Shown here one piece after another: positions 36,894 to 46,604 of a stretch of 64,000 bases of DNA. How positions within the stretch are numbered: position 1 is the first letter of the stretch; each line of letters begins with the position of its first letter. Position numbers and translations under genes: made by a program. The notes beneath the pieces are model-generated. The model was not told the DNA's origin, did not search any database, and worked only from the letters and a program-made list of their open reading frames with translations. Origin of the DNA: Candidatus Jorgensenbacteria bacterium (GTDB taxonomy: Bacteria > Patescibacteriota > Minisyncoccia > UBA6257 > GWB1-50-10); assembly GCA_030648515.1 (NCBI GenBank), contig JAUSHK010000005.1, forward strand, positions 48,383-112,382. The letters are read 5' to 3'.

Positions 36894-38567
36894 TTATTTA
36901 GTCATTTTCCGAAAGAGCGCTAGGTCGTGTTCTTTAAGCTGCCTTAAGATTTTCATATCAGGATCAATGGCAATGGTTTTCCCGAGGTACTGTCCGGAAG
37001 TGAAGTGCGGTAAAAGCACGTAGTCGGCGCCGGCCTTATAAAGCGTGCGCGCGTCTTCTTCGGTTTCCGCCCGTATAATTGTTTTCGGGCGGCCCTTGCG
37101 CCTTGAAAGCTCTGATAGCAGCGTGAGATTGTTTTCAAGGTCGGGACTTGTCGAGATTATCAAATTCGCATCCTTCGTGTTTGCCTTTTCGAAAATCTCC
37201 GCGTCTTCAATATCGCCAAACAAACATTCGTACCCGCGCTCGCTCATCGCGCGAATCACGTCCGGATCAAAATCAACAATGAGCAGGCCTTTTTTGGGCA
37301 AGCTCATTGCGATACTTTCCCCCGTCCGATGGCACCCTATAAGAATAATCGGTTTATGAAACTCTTCTTCTGGTACACTAAACTCGGATGTTTTCTTTCG
37401 CTCAAAAATCCGCAGGAGCGGGTGAATATGCTTAAAAATGGCGTCCGAATGTGTAATGAGATACGTCGAAAGGGCAATGGTAATAATGCCGACCATGGTG
37501 ATGAGCGCTACTACATTCTCAGAAATATGCCCAATCTTAAGCCCGAGCGCCGCAAGCACCAAACTGAATTCAGAAATCTGCGCGACAGTCACGCCGGCAA
37601 AGAAGCTTGTCCGGCGCCGATATCCCATAGCGCCCATAAGGACGAGAACTATGATTGGATTCCCTATCAAAACAAACAGAGAAAACACAATTACTGGAAT
37701 TGTAAGCCCCCCAAAGTTTGACAACACAATGGAAGAGCCGAGAATTACGAAGAAAATGAGGAGGAAGAAGTCGCGGAGCGGTTTTACGCGGCTCGCGATT
37801 TGAAAATGCTCTGATGAATTTGCGAGCGCGAGGCCCGCAAGAAATCCGGCTATCTCAACGGAAAATCCTATCCAGTACGCACCCGCCGCAACCAAAAACA
37901 GCCACGCGAGAGAAATTAAAAAAAGAAGTTCCTGTGAGTGCGCGACGTAGCCGAATATTCGCGGAAGAATTTTTCTCCCGAGAAGAAGCATGATGATTAA
38001 AAGTCCTACACCTTTTCCGATTGTCGCGAATGCCTGGACTGCCAAGTGCCCGCCGCCAGACGCGAGACCAGCTAAAAAAATCAAAAGAATCGCCGCCACA
38101 AAATCCTGCACAAGGAGAAAACCGACTGCGATTTTCCCATATAAGCTGTTAAGGTCTTTTTTGTCGGACAAGAGCTTTACGACAATAACCGTACTTGAAA
38201 ACGTGAGAGCTATCGCAATATAGAGCGCTGGAACCATTGAAAAACCGAATGCCACAGCGATGAGATATCCAATTGCGGCGGTAAATATGATTTGTCCTAA
38301 TCCGACGATAATTGAAGTTTTCCCTACAAGGCGCAACGCTGCGTAATTGATTTCAAGCCCGACCAAAAAAAGCAGAAACATTATCCCTAGATTTGAGAAA
38401 ACGGAAAACACCTCGTTATTTACAAGGTTCAGCGCGCCGAGCGAACCGATTACGATTCCAGTCAAAAGATACGCGAGTATAATCGGCTGGCGCAAAAGTT
38501 TTGCGATTACACCAAGAACCGAGGCAATGAGTATGATAACCGCGAGTTCAAAAATTCCCGATGCCAT
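36894..38567 (-). CDS. CPA2 cation:proton antiporter with TrkA-N domain
   Basis: About 12 TM, FLVGLE, SSTVIV, QD, QISEFS; C-terminal IGCHRTG...GDIED. Confidence 0.9.
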   Translation of the reverse strand: MASGIFELAVIILIASVLGVIAKLLRQPIILAYLLTGIVIGSLGALNLVNNEVFSVFSNLGIMFLLFLVGLEINYAALRLVGKTSIIVGLGQIIFTAAIGYLIAVAFGFSMVPALYIAIALTFSSTVIVVKLLSDKKDLNSLYGKIAVGFLLVQDFVAAILLIFLAGLASGGGHLAVQAFATIGKGVGLLIIMLLLGRKILPRIFGYVAHSQELLFLISLAWLFLVAAGAYWIGFSVEIAGFLAGLALANSSEHFQIASRVKPLRDFFLLIFFVILGSSIVLSNFGGLTIPVIVFSLFVLIGNPIIVLVLMGAMGYRRRTSFFAGVTVAQISEFSLVLAALGLKIGHISENVVALITMVGIITIALSTYLITHSDAIFKHIHPLLRIFERKKTSEFSVPEEEFHKPIILIGCHRTGESIAMSLPKKGLLIVDFDPDVIRAMSERGYECLFGDIEDAEIFEKANTKDANLIISTSPDLENNLTLLSELSRRKGRPKTIIRAETEEDARTLYKAGADYVLLPHFTSGQYLGKTIAIDPDMKILRQLKEHDLALFRKMTK

Positions 38568-38640
38568 ATATGACTAATGATAACAAATAGGATTGCGCTC
38601 TCCGTAAAACAACGCCGCTTCTTGTGCTATCCTTTAAGCA

Positions 38641-39189
38641 ATGGGAATTTTTTATACTGGAAAGGGCGATAAAGGGAAAAGCATTATCGGGAAAAGGAAA
38701 GTGGATAAGACCTGCCTTGAGATTTCCGCGCTCGGGGATTTGGATGAGCTAAATTGCCTGCTTGGCGCGGTTCGGAACGAGAAGCTCCTCCCCTACCACA
38801 AAAAAGTAATCAGCGAGGTTCAGGAGAACCTCTTTATCATTCAGGCAAATGTTGCGGGCGCAACGTTGTTTTACGGAGAACACAAGAGCCCCGATTTTCC
38901 AGCAGGAAAAATAACAGAGATTGAAAAAATAATTGACGGGCTTGAGCGCGAGATAAAACCGGCAAAAAAGTTTGTTATACCGGGCGAGACGCGCGAGTCA
39001 GCGTGGCTTGATGTCGCGCGCACGGTTTCTCGCCGCGTTGAGCGCGAGGTTTTGAAAGTGCACAAGAAACGCCCGCTTCCACCCACAATTCCCGCTTACC
39101 TCAATCGCCTTTCGAGTTTGCTCTTCGCGCTCGCGCGCGCCGAAGCAAAACGTGTCGGCAAAAAAGAGCGGCATCCGAGATATAAATAA
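38641..39189 (+). CDS. ATP:cob(I)alamin adenosyltransferase (PduO-type)
   Basis: YTGKGDKG, GDLDELN, RRVER, YLNRLSS. Confidence 0.9.
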   Translation: MGIFYTGKGDKGKSIIGKRKVDKTCLEISALGDLDELNCLLGAVRNEKLLPYHKKVISEVQENLFIIQANVAGATLFYGEHKSPDFPAGKITEIEKIIDGLEREIKPAKKFVIPGETRESAWLDVARTVSRRVEREVLKVHKKRPLPPTIPAYLNRLSSLLFALARAEAKRVGKKERHPRYK

Positions 39190-39190
39190 T

Positions 39191-40606
39191 TTAATTGATG
39201 GCTGGAAATTGTTTTTCTGCTGATTTGGGGATTAACTCAACGAGGCCGTCCAAGTCGCCGGAGGTTAATATAAGGATCGCGTCGTCCGCCTTCCATTCAT
39301 TTTGAATCAGCTTTAATCCTTCTTTGACATCCTCAAACCCCGTGACTTTTGTGCCAGACTTTTTCACGCGATTTACTATGTCACCTAGTGTGAGTTGATT
39401 ATGGGTTGCGGCGCCCTGCAAGGGCGGTTTGTAAATAAATACTTTATCCGCGCCTTCAAAAACATTGTCGTACTGGCTAATGTAGTCACTGTTTCGCCAA
39501 CTGAACGTGTGCGGCTCAAAAATTATAATCAGCCGTTTATCAGGATAATGAAGCTTTATTGCCTCAATCGCTGCGCGGGCTTTTGTAAACGACGAACCGA
39601 ACCCCTCGTATATTTTAAGCGTGGTTTTTTCGGACTTCAGGTCAAGGCGGCGCGCGAGCGTCTGAAACGTTTCAACCCCGCTTGCTAGTTCTTCGGTAGT
39701 AACCGCGTTTTCGGAAAGCAGAAGCGCCGAGACACCGATAATGTTTTCTATATTATGTTTGCCAAGAAGGCCTGTTTTGAGTGAGACAATCTTTTTTCCA
39801 TTGTGAACAAGATTAAAAAATGTTTGCGCGCCGTATTGTATGTCTTGAGCAGTCCAGTCAGCTGAATTTTTTAATCCATACGTTACCGCGCCCGGAAAAT
39901 TTTTATCTATAAATTCACGGACATTTTCTCCATCAACACACGCTATGAGTTTGCCTTCCCTAGGAATCATCTTAACGAGTTTTGAGAACGGCTCTAAGTA
40001 GCTTTCAAGTGTTTTAAATACGTTTACATGGTCATGGACCAAAGAAGTCAGAAGAACGTGCTTTGGGTTGTAATACAAAAATTTTGAAGATGTGTCCCAG
40101 TTTGATGCTGGGTACTCATCCCCCTCCAAAACAAAATACCGCCCCTTGCCCAAGCGCGAGCTGCTGTCAGGCGTTTTAGGCACGGCGCCTATGAAGTAGC
40201 TTGGGTCTTTCAGGGCGCGTTCCAGACACCACGCGGCGAGCGCGGTACAAGTTGATTTTGCGTAACTGCCGACGATTATCATATTCTCCGTTTCTTTCGT
40301 AAGTTCGCTTAAAACTTCAGGAAATGATTTGACTGTGATTCCGCTTTCGAAAGCCGCTTTTACTTCTTTGTTGTCTTCCGGCGTGAGTTTTGCGTTCCTG
40401 CCGATAACAATCATATCGGTGTCTTTAGGGATATTGTTTTCTGAATAGTACGGGACGCACGGAATGCCGAGCTCCGTTAGATATGCACTCACGGGAGGAT
40501 AGAACCCCTCGTCCGAGCCGGAAATCTGCCACCCTTTTGATTTCAAGAGATTTGCGACCGCGCTCATGCCGGCCCCGCAAATTCCTATAAAATAAGCTTT
40601 CTTCAT
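39191..40606 (-). CDS. Mur ligase (Mpl/MurC-like)
   Basis: IGICGAGMS, SGSD, EGDEY, DH, FEPH. Confidence 0.88.
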   Translation of the reverse strand: MKKAYFIGICGAGMSAVANLLKSKGWQISGSDEGFYPPVSAYLTELGIPCVPYYSENNIPKDTDMIVIGRNAKLTPEDNKEVKAAFESGITVKSFPEVLSELTKETENMIIVGSYAKSTCTALAAWCLERALKDPSYFIGAVPKTPDSSSRLGKGRYFVLEGDEYPASNWDTSSKFLYYNPKHVLLTSLVHDHVNVFKTLESYLEPFSKLVKMIPREGKLIACVDGENVREFIDKNFPGAVTYGLKNSADWTAQDIQYGAQTFFNLVHNGKKIVSLKTGLLGKHNIENIIGVSALLLSENAVTTEELASGVETFQTLARRLDLKSEKTTLKIYEGFGSSFTKARAAIEAIKLHYPDKRLIIIFEPHTFSWRNSDYISQYDNVFEGADKVFIYKPPLQGAATHNQLTLGDIVNRVKKSGTKVTGFEDVKEGLKLIQNEWKADDAILILTSGDLDGLVELIPKSAEKQFPAIN

Positions 40607-40608
40607 GT

Positions 40609-41367
40609 TTATAAATCAAAGGTTTTGAGCCCGCCTTTCCAAATGTCGCGCAAGCCGATGATTCGGTTGTTGTCCTCGCGCCCGAGCTGTTTAATTTTTT
40701 TAATATCAGCTGTCCAGTTGTCACCATTCCAATATTCAATGTTTTCAAAAGCGGTTTTATATAATGCCTTTTGGCCATAGACCGTACCGACATAAAAATA
40801 CTCAGCTCCGCGAGTTTTCGCCTGCCGCGCGCTATCAACCATAAGCCACGTGCCGAGCGATTGATTTGCCAGCGACAAATCATAGAAAGAAAACCAAAAG
40901 TGGGTCATTCGCCCGTCAGAAACTTCAAATACGTACGCGACCGGCTCGGTTTTGTTTTTGTAAGAAACGATATTGGCGATGATTCCTGAATTCAAAATTG
41001 TTTTCAGGCGCTCAAGAGGCATTACGCCAGGGCCGTGTCGTTTTAAGAAATATTCAGTGCAAAATGAAAGAAAAGAATCATCGTCCGTTTTAAATTGATT
41101 TATCGGAGTAGAAGTTCTCTCGAAACTTCCGTCAAATTTCCCCGCTACTCGCCTGTTCTCACTTGACATATTGAATGAATTCAGCGGCACTCTGGCGCTC
41201 CGCGCCATGTAGAAAATATTTTTTGCTTCCGGACTGCCAGAGTACGGCAAATAGCCAAGATTGTATATGTCCGAAAGCTTGTCGTTTTCTTCACGGACGC
41301 AGTAATTGGCGTACGCAAAAGTATATGTATTGTAATTGTGGCCGGTTTCGCTTGAAAATATTTTCAT
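40609..41367 (-). CDS. Arginyl/leucyl-tRNA-protein transferase-like (ATE_C/GNAT fold)
   Basis: FYD....SLG......A...G..Y.Y.G......YK pattern. Confidence 0.6.
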   Translation of the reverse strand: MKIFSSETGHNYNTYTFAYANYCVREENDKLSDIYNLGYLPYSGSPEAKNIFYMARSARVPLNSFNMSSENRRVAGKFDGSFERTSTPINQFKTDDDSFLSFCTEYFLKRHGPGVMPLERLKTILNSGIIANIVSYKNKTEPVAYVFEVSDGRMTHFWFSFYDLSLANQSLGTWLMVDSARQAKTRGAEYFYVGTVYGQKALYKTAFENIEYWNGDNWTADIKKIKQLGREDNNRIIGLRDIWKGGLKTFDL

Positions 41368-41407
41368 AGATTATTTTTCTCCTGCGATTTCAAACACCTC
41401 GCTTAAT

Positions 41408-41602
41408 TTATAAAAAGTATGTTTTGTAAACAATCGTTCCGTCGATTAAAAGCCCGAGTATTCCTATTACAAGTAATAGTACAAAAACCCATCTTGGTAT
41501 ACGCTTTTTAGTTTTAATCGCCCGCACCGATTCGATTGTAATAAATAAAAACACGGCGATTCCAAAAAGATCAAAAAATTCTGGCCGGATAAATGATGGC
41601 AT
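41408..41602 (-). CDS. Small membrane protein
   Basis: 64 aa, two hydrophobic segments. Confidence 0.6.
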   Translation of the reverse strand: MPSFIRPEFFDLFGIAVFLFITIESVRAIKTKKRIPRWVFVLLLVIGILGLLIDGTIVYKTYFL

Positions 41603-41609
41603 AAGGATT

Positions 41610-41686
41610 TGGTGGACCCGGGGAGATTTGGACTCCCGACCTCCTCATTGCAAATGAGGCGCTCTACCAGGCTAAGCTACGGGCCC
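41610..41686 (-). tRNA. tRNA-Ala(TGC), CCA encoded
   Basis: GGGCCCG/CGGGTCC acceptor with G3:U70, CCTCA-TTTGCAA-TGAGG arm. Confidence 0.93.
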
Positions 41687-41765
41687 TAACACCAATTGAG
41701 GATAAATTAAAATTCCCTTTCTGTGAAGACCTCGATTGGTGTGGGAACAGGCCCTCTTTTATATG

Positions 41766-41837
41766 TGGGTGTGGAAGGAATCGAACCTTCGACTTCTGTC
41801 TTATCAGGACAGCGTTCTACCACTGAACTACACACCC
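41766..41837 (-). tRNA. tRNA-Ile(GAT), CCA not encoded
   Basis: GGGTGTG/CACACCC acceptor, CTGTC-CTGATAA-GACAG arm, GTTCGATT. Confidence 0.95.
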
Positions 41838-41887
41838 GGCAAAACCGGGTAAATTAATGAGGTAATCTAACCACCAGCCGCTAATTA

Positions 41888-42103
41888 CTAGCCTCCTAAA
41901 TTTAACTTTTCAAACCCCTTAATGTCAAACTGCTTTGTTGGCGGCGGAGGCGTCGTCACGTTTAATACGCCACTCAGGTTTGAAACGAGGAATGTAAGAA
42001 GATAGGCGCATATCCCGATTGTAATGAGCCCAAGAAGAACGGCTCCCGTGAGAAATATTGCCTGATGATCAAGTTTTGCGTTCCATTTTTTAAGTTTCTC
42101 CAT
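41888..42103 (-). CDS. Small single-TM protein
   Basis: 71 aa; ATG contributed by the end of the adjacent MITE. Confidence 0.65.
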   Translation of the reverse strand: MEKLKKWNAKLDHQAIFLTGAVLLGLITIGICAYLLTFLVSNLSGVLNVTTPPPPTKQFDIKGFEKLNLGG

Positions 42104-42215
42104 CCCATTAGAGACAGGAAGCGCTTTGCGCGATTCCTGGCATAGTATTATTTCCCATAACCTTTTCTTTTATTGTACATGATGTTGGCATAGAACATTA
42201 TCGTCTCTAACGGGA
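42103..42215 (-). mobile_element. MITE-like element
   Basis: TIR TCCCGTTAGAGAC ... GTCTCTAATGGGA; interior aligns with 43667-43854. Confidence 0.75.
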
Positions 42216-42224
42216 CAAGTACCA

Positions 42225-42749
42225 TTATTTTTGAAAAAAGATTTTCCCGCGGATTGAAACGTTATTCCCCCCGTCTTTCGTGCGGCCGACAGCAAAACTT
42301 TCAAGCCGCGTGAGATACCGGAATTGCTCCAAGCTTTTTACAAATATTTCAATGCCTTGAATATCCCCGTCGGCCTGAAGGCGAAAACTCACGGCCCCTA
42401 AGCCACTTCCACTAACGGAGTTTTCTCCGGTAAAAGCGAACGTATGATTAACGCCGGCTTGTGTCGCTAGAACCTGAAAATCGCGCGAGATATTAAAGAG
42501 ATCCGCCTCGCGCGGTATCGCGCCGTTTATCATAAGCGAGTAATCCTTCGCTTTTTTATATTGCGACTCCAAACTAGCAAGCTCTCCTAGAGACGCGCTC
42601 CGCGACGCAAGCTCGCTTCTGGCAGTAATGAGATCCCTGCCGTTCGTTCCGATACTGCTTGCAAAAACCGCGATTCCAATTGCCAGTAAAATTATTGCGA
42701 CTCCCGCAATTGAAACCTGTATAGTGAGCTTTTTTTGAAAGGCCGTCAT
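42225..42749 (-). CDS. PilO-like type IV pilus assembly protein
   Basis: TM, coiled coil, ferredoxin-like tail (G....I..F...LE...Y). Confidence 0.6.
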   Translation of the reverse strand: MTAFQKKLTIQVSIAGVAIILLAIGIAVFASSIGTNGRDLITARSELASRSASLGELASLESQYKKAKDYSLMINGAIPREADLFNISRDFQVLATQAGVNHTFAFTGENSVSGSGLGAVSFRLQADGDIQGIEIFVKSLEQFRYLTRLESFAVGRTKDGGNNVSIRGKIFFQK

Positions 42750-42802
42750 GAGACAAGTGTATAATGAATTGAAATCGCTTCATTCCATTTTACCACATTA
42801 GA

Positions 42803-43666
42803 GTGACGCAAAACATTTTTTCAATAACAGCGAACGACGCATTATATCCTCCGCTTCTCCGCGAAATTCCGGGCGCTCCGCAGAAGTTGTATTATCGCGG
42901 TGAAATACCCCGCGCGTGGACGCACACCGTTGCGATTGTCGGCACGCGCAAAGCGACGCGCGATGGCATTCTAACCGCACGTGAGATTGCGCGCGATCTT
43001 GCTTCCCGCGGCGTTCTCATTATAAGCGGCCTCGCGCTAGGAATTGATGCCGCGGCGCACGAAGGGGCGCTTGCGGGCGGAGGGAAGACGTATGCGGTCC
43101 TCGCGAACGGACTTGATACCATTTATCCGCCAAGCCACGAGTCGCTCGCAAGACAAATTCTTGAAACCGGCGGATGCATCTTTTCCGAATATCCAGAAGG
43201 AACGCCGAGCTATCCAAGCCAGTTTCTTGAGCGCAACCGCATTGTAAGCGGTTTATCGCTCGCAACCGTGGTTATTGAGGCGCCTGAGCGTTCTGGGGCG
43301 CTTGTAACCGCACGCAACGCGATTGAACAGGGGCGTGACGTGTTTATCATCCCCGGGCCGGTTCATCACAGCAACTACCGTGGGTCGCATTTTTTGGTCC
43401 GCGAGGGCGCGCGGCTTGTTACGTCCGCCGAAGATATTATTCGCGATTTAGGCATTGAAGCGCAAAAGAAATTGCCAGAGTTCTCTAGCGAGCAAGTTAA
43501 AGTTTTTTCCGTAATAAAAGAACAAAAAGTACCGCTTGACGTTGACAGAATCGCAGAATTGGTTACACTAGAACCTCACGTTGTGCAAAGCGCACTTACT
43601 TTTCTCTCTCTTGAGGGTTATATTGAAGAAGCGAGCGGAAAGTTTTGTATAACAAAAACATTATGA
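42803..43666 (+). CDS. dprA: DNA-processing protein DprA
   Basis: YP.LL.EI, IVGTR, SGLALGID, FLERNRIVSGL, SGAL.TA. Confidence 0.95.
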   Translation: MTQNIFSITANDALYPPLLREIPGAPQKLYYRGEIPRAWTHTVAIVGTRKATRDGILTAREIARDLASRGVLIISGLALGIDAAAHEGALAGGGKTYAVLANGLDTIYPPSHESLARQILETGGCIFSEYPEGTPSYPSQFLERNRIVSGLSLATVVIEAPERSGALVTARNAIEQGRDVFIIPGPVHHSNYRGSHFLVREGARLVTSAEDIIRDLGIEAQKKLPEFSSEQVKVFSVIKEQKVPLDVDRIAELVTLEPHVVQSALTFLSLEGYIEEASGKFCITKTL

Positions 43667-43854
43667 ATCCCGTTAGAGAAGATACTGTGCTATATCTATG
43701 CCTTATACAATAACCAAGACCAAAAATAACATACTCATCATGCTCAGCATATACGGAAGCGCCTTTCTAAACGCGATTGATATTTTTATTGCGAAAGGTT
43801 CGAACAAGTACCATATCAGGAATCGCGTAAGGCGCTTCCTTTCTCTAACGGGAT
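43667..43854 (+). mobile_element. MITE-like element (188 bp)
   Basis: Perfect 14-bp TIR ATCCCGTTAGAGAA / TTCTCTAACGGGAT; right end contains the first bases of the topA ATG. Confidence 0.8.
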
Positions 43855-46027
43855 GAAACTCGTCATTGTAGAATCACCTACAAAAGCGAAAACCATTTCG
43901 CATTATTTGGATTCATCATTCAAAGTGATGGCGAGCGTAGGACATATTCGCGACTTGCCGAAAAAAAACAGCGGCGCAATTGATATCGCGCATGGCTTTG
44001 TTCCGCACTACGAAGTCGTAAAAGGGAAGGAAAAAATTGTCGCTGAAATCAAACAGCTTTCAAAGAAAGCGAGCGAAGTATATCTCACAACCGACCCTGA
44101 CCGCGAAGGCGAAGCAATAGCGTGGCACATCAAAGAAGCGTGCGGACTTAAAGATCCAAAACGCGCCGTCGTGCACGAAATCACAAAAGAGGCCGTTATG
44201 GAGGCGCTCGCGCACCCGAGGCACATAGACGAGGATTTACGGAAGGCACAGGAGGCGCGACGCGTGCTGGATAGATTATTTGGTTATGACTTAAGCGGTC
44301 TTATTTGGAAAAAAGTTCGTTACGGGCTTTCCGCCGGCCGCGTGCAATCTCCCGCGCTTCGGATTCTCATGGAGCGCGAGCGCGAGATCCGCGCTTTTGT
44401 GCCGGAAGATTTTTGGGTTATCACCGGCGAATTCAACACCGAGAAAAATTCAACGATTACACTTGTCTGCGATGAAACTCCCGCGAAGGAAACTGAGGCG
44501 GAACGGATTATCGCTGCTGCGAAGAAAAATCCGTGGCATGTCATTGAAGTAAAACAGACGGAAGCAAAACGCTCTCCGCGTCCCCCGTTTATTACATCAA
44601 CCTTACAACAGGCGGCGAGCTCCGAGCTTGGGTTCGCGCCGTCGCGGACGATGCGCATCGCCCAGCATCTTTTTGAAAACGGGTTGATAACCTATATGCG
44701 CACTGACAGCACGAACTTAAGCGCCGCGGCTCTTGCGGAAATTTACGGAGAAATTGAAAAGACGTACGGCAAACAGTATCTCTCGCCACGCGCGTATCAT
44801 ACGAAAAGCAAAACCGCGCAGGAAGCGCATGAAGCGATACGGCCAACAAGCGCGCGGAAGCGTCACGCTGGCAGCGGCGAAGCAGAACGGCTTTACAACA
44901 TGATCTTGGAGCGAACTGTCGCTTCGCAGATGGCTGATGCTAAAACTCTGCGTACAAAAATCTCCGCGAACATTATAGGCAAGGGTGATGCTATTCCAAA
45001 TTTTTCAGTAAACGGAAGCGTGATTGTTTTTCCCGGGTGGTTTGCCGCGGATCCCGGCGCTCGCGGGGAAGAAACTGAGTTGCCGAAGATTATGGAGAAC
45101 GATCCGCTTACGCTCAAAAATATAGCGAGCGAGGGAAAACAGACGGAACCGCCTGGTAGGTACACGGAGGCGGGGCTTATCAAGGAACTTGAGAAACGCG
45201 AGATCGGGCGGCCGAGCACGTACGCGTCCATAATTCAAACGCTTTTGACGCGCGCGTACGTTCTAAAAAATGGCAGAGCACTCCAGCCGACCGACGTCGG
45301 CGAGGTGGTTAGCACGTTTCTTGAAAAGAATTTTGAAAAATACATAAGCGACTCATTTACAGCTGATATGGAAAACAAGCTGGACCTTATCGCTGACGGC
45401 AAGGAAAATTATGTGACAACGCTTAAAAACTTCTACACGCCGTTTTCAAAAGACGTTGCCGCGAAGGCAAAAATAGAAAAGCTTACCACGCTCGGCGAAG
45501 CGGACAAGAAATTCAAATGTCCAGTCTGCGGTTCATCGATGGATATAAAACTCGGGCGGAGCGGAAAATTCCTGAGCTGCAGCCGGTTCCCAAAGTGCAA
45601 GGGCTCGCTAAAAATTGACGGGGCTCCGTTTGAAGAACCGAAAGAAACCGGCGAGATGTGCCCTGAGTGTAAAACCGGAAAACTCGTTGAGCGCGAAGGC
45701 AAGTTCGGAAAATTCATCGCGTGCAACAATTATCCGAAATGCAAATATATTAAAGAAGATCCGGCGGAGGTTGCAAAACGGAAAACCGGCGTCACGTGCC
45801 CGCTTTGTAAGGAAGGCGAGATTACCGAGCGCCGCGGACGATTCGGCTTTTTCTACAGCTGTTCAAATTATCCGAAATGCAAATTCGCTATGAAGGCGCG
45901 CCCGACAGGCAATATCTGTAAACTATGCGATTCTCTTATGATGGAAGGGACAAAAACAATTCCCGAACGTTGTTCTAATAAAGATTGTCCGAACCATAAT
46001 CCTCTTAAAGCCGCAAAGAGGAAATAA
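43853..46027 (+). CDS. topA: DNA topoisomerase I
   Basis: IVESPTK, DPDREGE, SAGRVQS, ITYMRTD, C4 zinc ribbons. Confidence 0.97.
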   Translation: MKLVIVESPTKAKTISHYLDSSFKVMASVGHIRDLPKKNSGAIDIAHGFVPHYEVVKGKEKIVAEIKQLSKKASEVYLTTDPDREGEAIAWHIKEACGLKDPKRAVVHEITKEAVMEALAHPRHIDEDLRKAQEARRVLDRLFGYDLSGLIWKKVRYGLSAGRVQSPALRILMEREREIRAFVPEDFWVITGEFNTEKNSTITLVCDETPAKETEAERIIAAAKKNPWHVIEVKQTEAKRSPRPPFITSTLQQAASSELGFAPSRTMRIAQHLFENGLITYMRTDSTNLSAAALAEIYGEIEKTYGKQYLSPRAYHTKSKTAQEAHEAIRPTSARKRHAGSGEAERLYNMILERTVASQMADAKTLRTKISANIIGKGDAIPNFSVNGSVIVFPGWFAADPGARGEETELPKIMENDPLTLKNIASEGKQTEPPGRYTEAGLIKELEKREIGRPSTYASIIQTLLTRAYVLKNGRALQPTDVGEVVSTFLEKNFEKYISDSFTADMENKLDLIADGKENYVTTLKNFYTPFSKDVAAKAKIEKLTTLGEADKKFKCPVCGSSMDIKLGRSGKFLSCSRFPKCKGSLKIDGAPFEEPKETGEMCPECKTGKLVEREGKFGKFIACNNYPKCKYIKEDPAEVAKRKTGVTCPLCKEGEITERRGRFGFFYSCSNYPKCKFAMKARPTGNICKLCDSLMMEGTKTIPERCSNKDCPNHNPLKAAKRK

Positions 46028-46056
46028 AAACCGCCCCTTAAATTAACGGCGGTTTT
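46027..46056. terminator. Bidirectional terminator
   Basis: AAAACCGCC...GGCGGTTTT between convergent genes. Confidence 0.8.
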
Positions 46057-46528
46057 ATGTAAACTCAATTTTTTCCACATTACCAAGTGCGTCTTTGAAA
46101 AATACGTTCGCCCTTATTATTTCTCCTCTTAAGATTTTTGGCAGCCATTGAATATCATCGGGCCACATTTTCGCATATGGGATATCTTTTATCTTAAACC
46201 ACTGCGGCTTCATCTCATCGCTTTCCTGCAAAATACCTCTCCATTCGATTACTGTAAAAATGTGCACGCGCTGATTCCATTCCGGTTTTGTGAGGAAAAA
46301 AAAATTTATTACTCCTGCATTTCGGATACTGCCCGGTTCAATAATTATTCCAAACTCGTCCTTTCCCTCCCGGATTAAACAACCTTCTACTGTCTCTCCG
46401 TTTTCCAGTTTTCCACCGAACCCGTTCCAGTACCCTGCGCCGAAACCCCTTTTCTTGAGCCCGAGCGCTATTTCGTCACCAAAAATAAGAAAACCGAGCG
46501 AGCGCTCTGAACGAATGCTGAGATCCAT
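46055..46528 (-). CDS. 8-oxo-dGTP diphosphatase-like NUDIX (NUDT1-type)
   Basis: KKRGFGAG.WNGFGGK, ESDEMKPQWF, MWPDD; start ATG 46528 with AAGGGGG SD. Confidence 0.88.
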   Translation of the reverse strand: MDLSIRSERSLGFLIFGDEIALGLKKRGFGAGYWNGFGGKLENGETVEGCLIREGKDEFGIIIEPGSIRNAGVINFFFLTKPEWNQRVHIFTVIEWRGILQESDEMKPQWFKIKDIPYAKMWPDDIQWLPKILRGEIIRANVFFKDALGNVEKIEFT

Positions 46529-46604
46529 AGTTTGCCCCCTTGTTAATTTGTGGTTATAACTACAGCTATATAACCACGGAAATCGTCCTGCGTCCAATTC
46601 TAAC

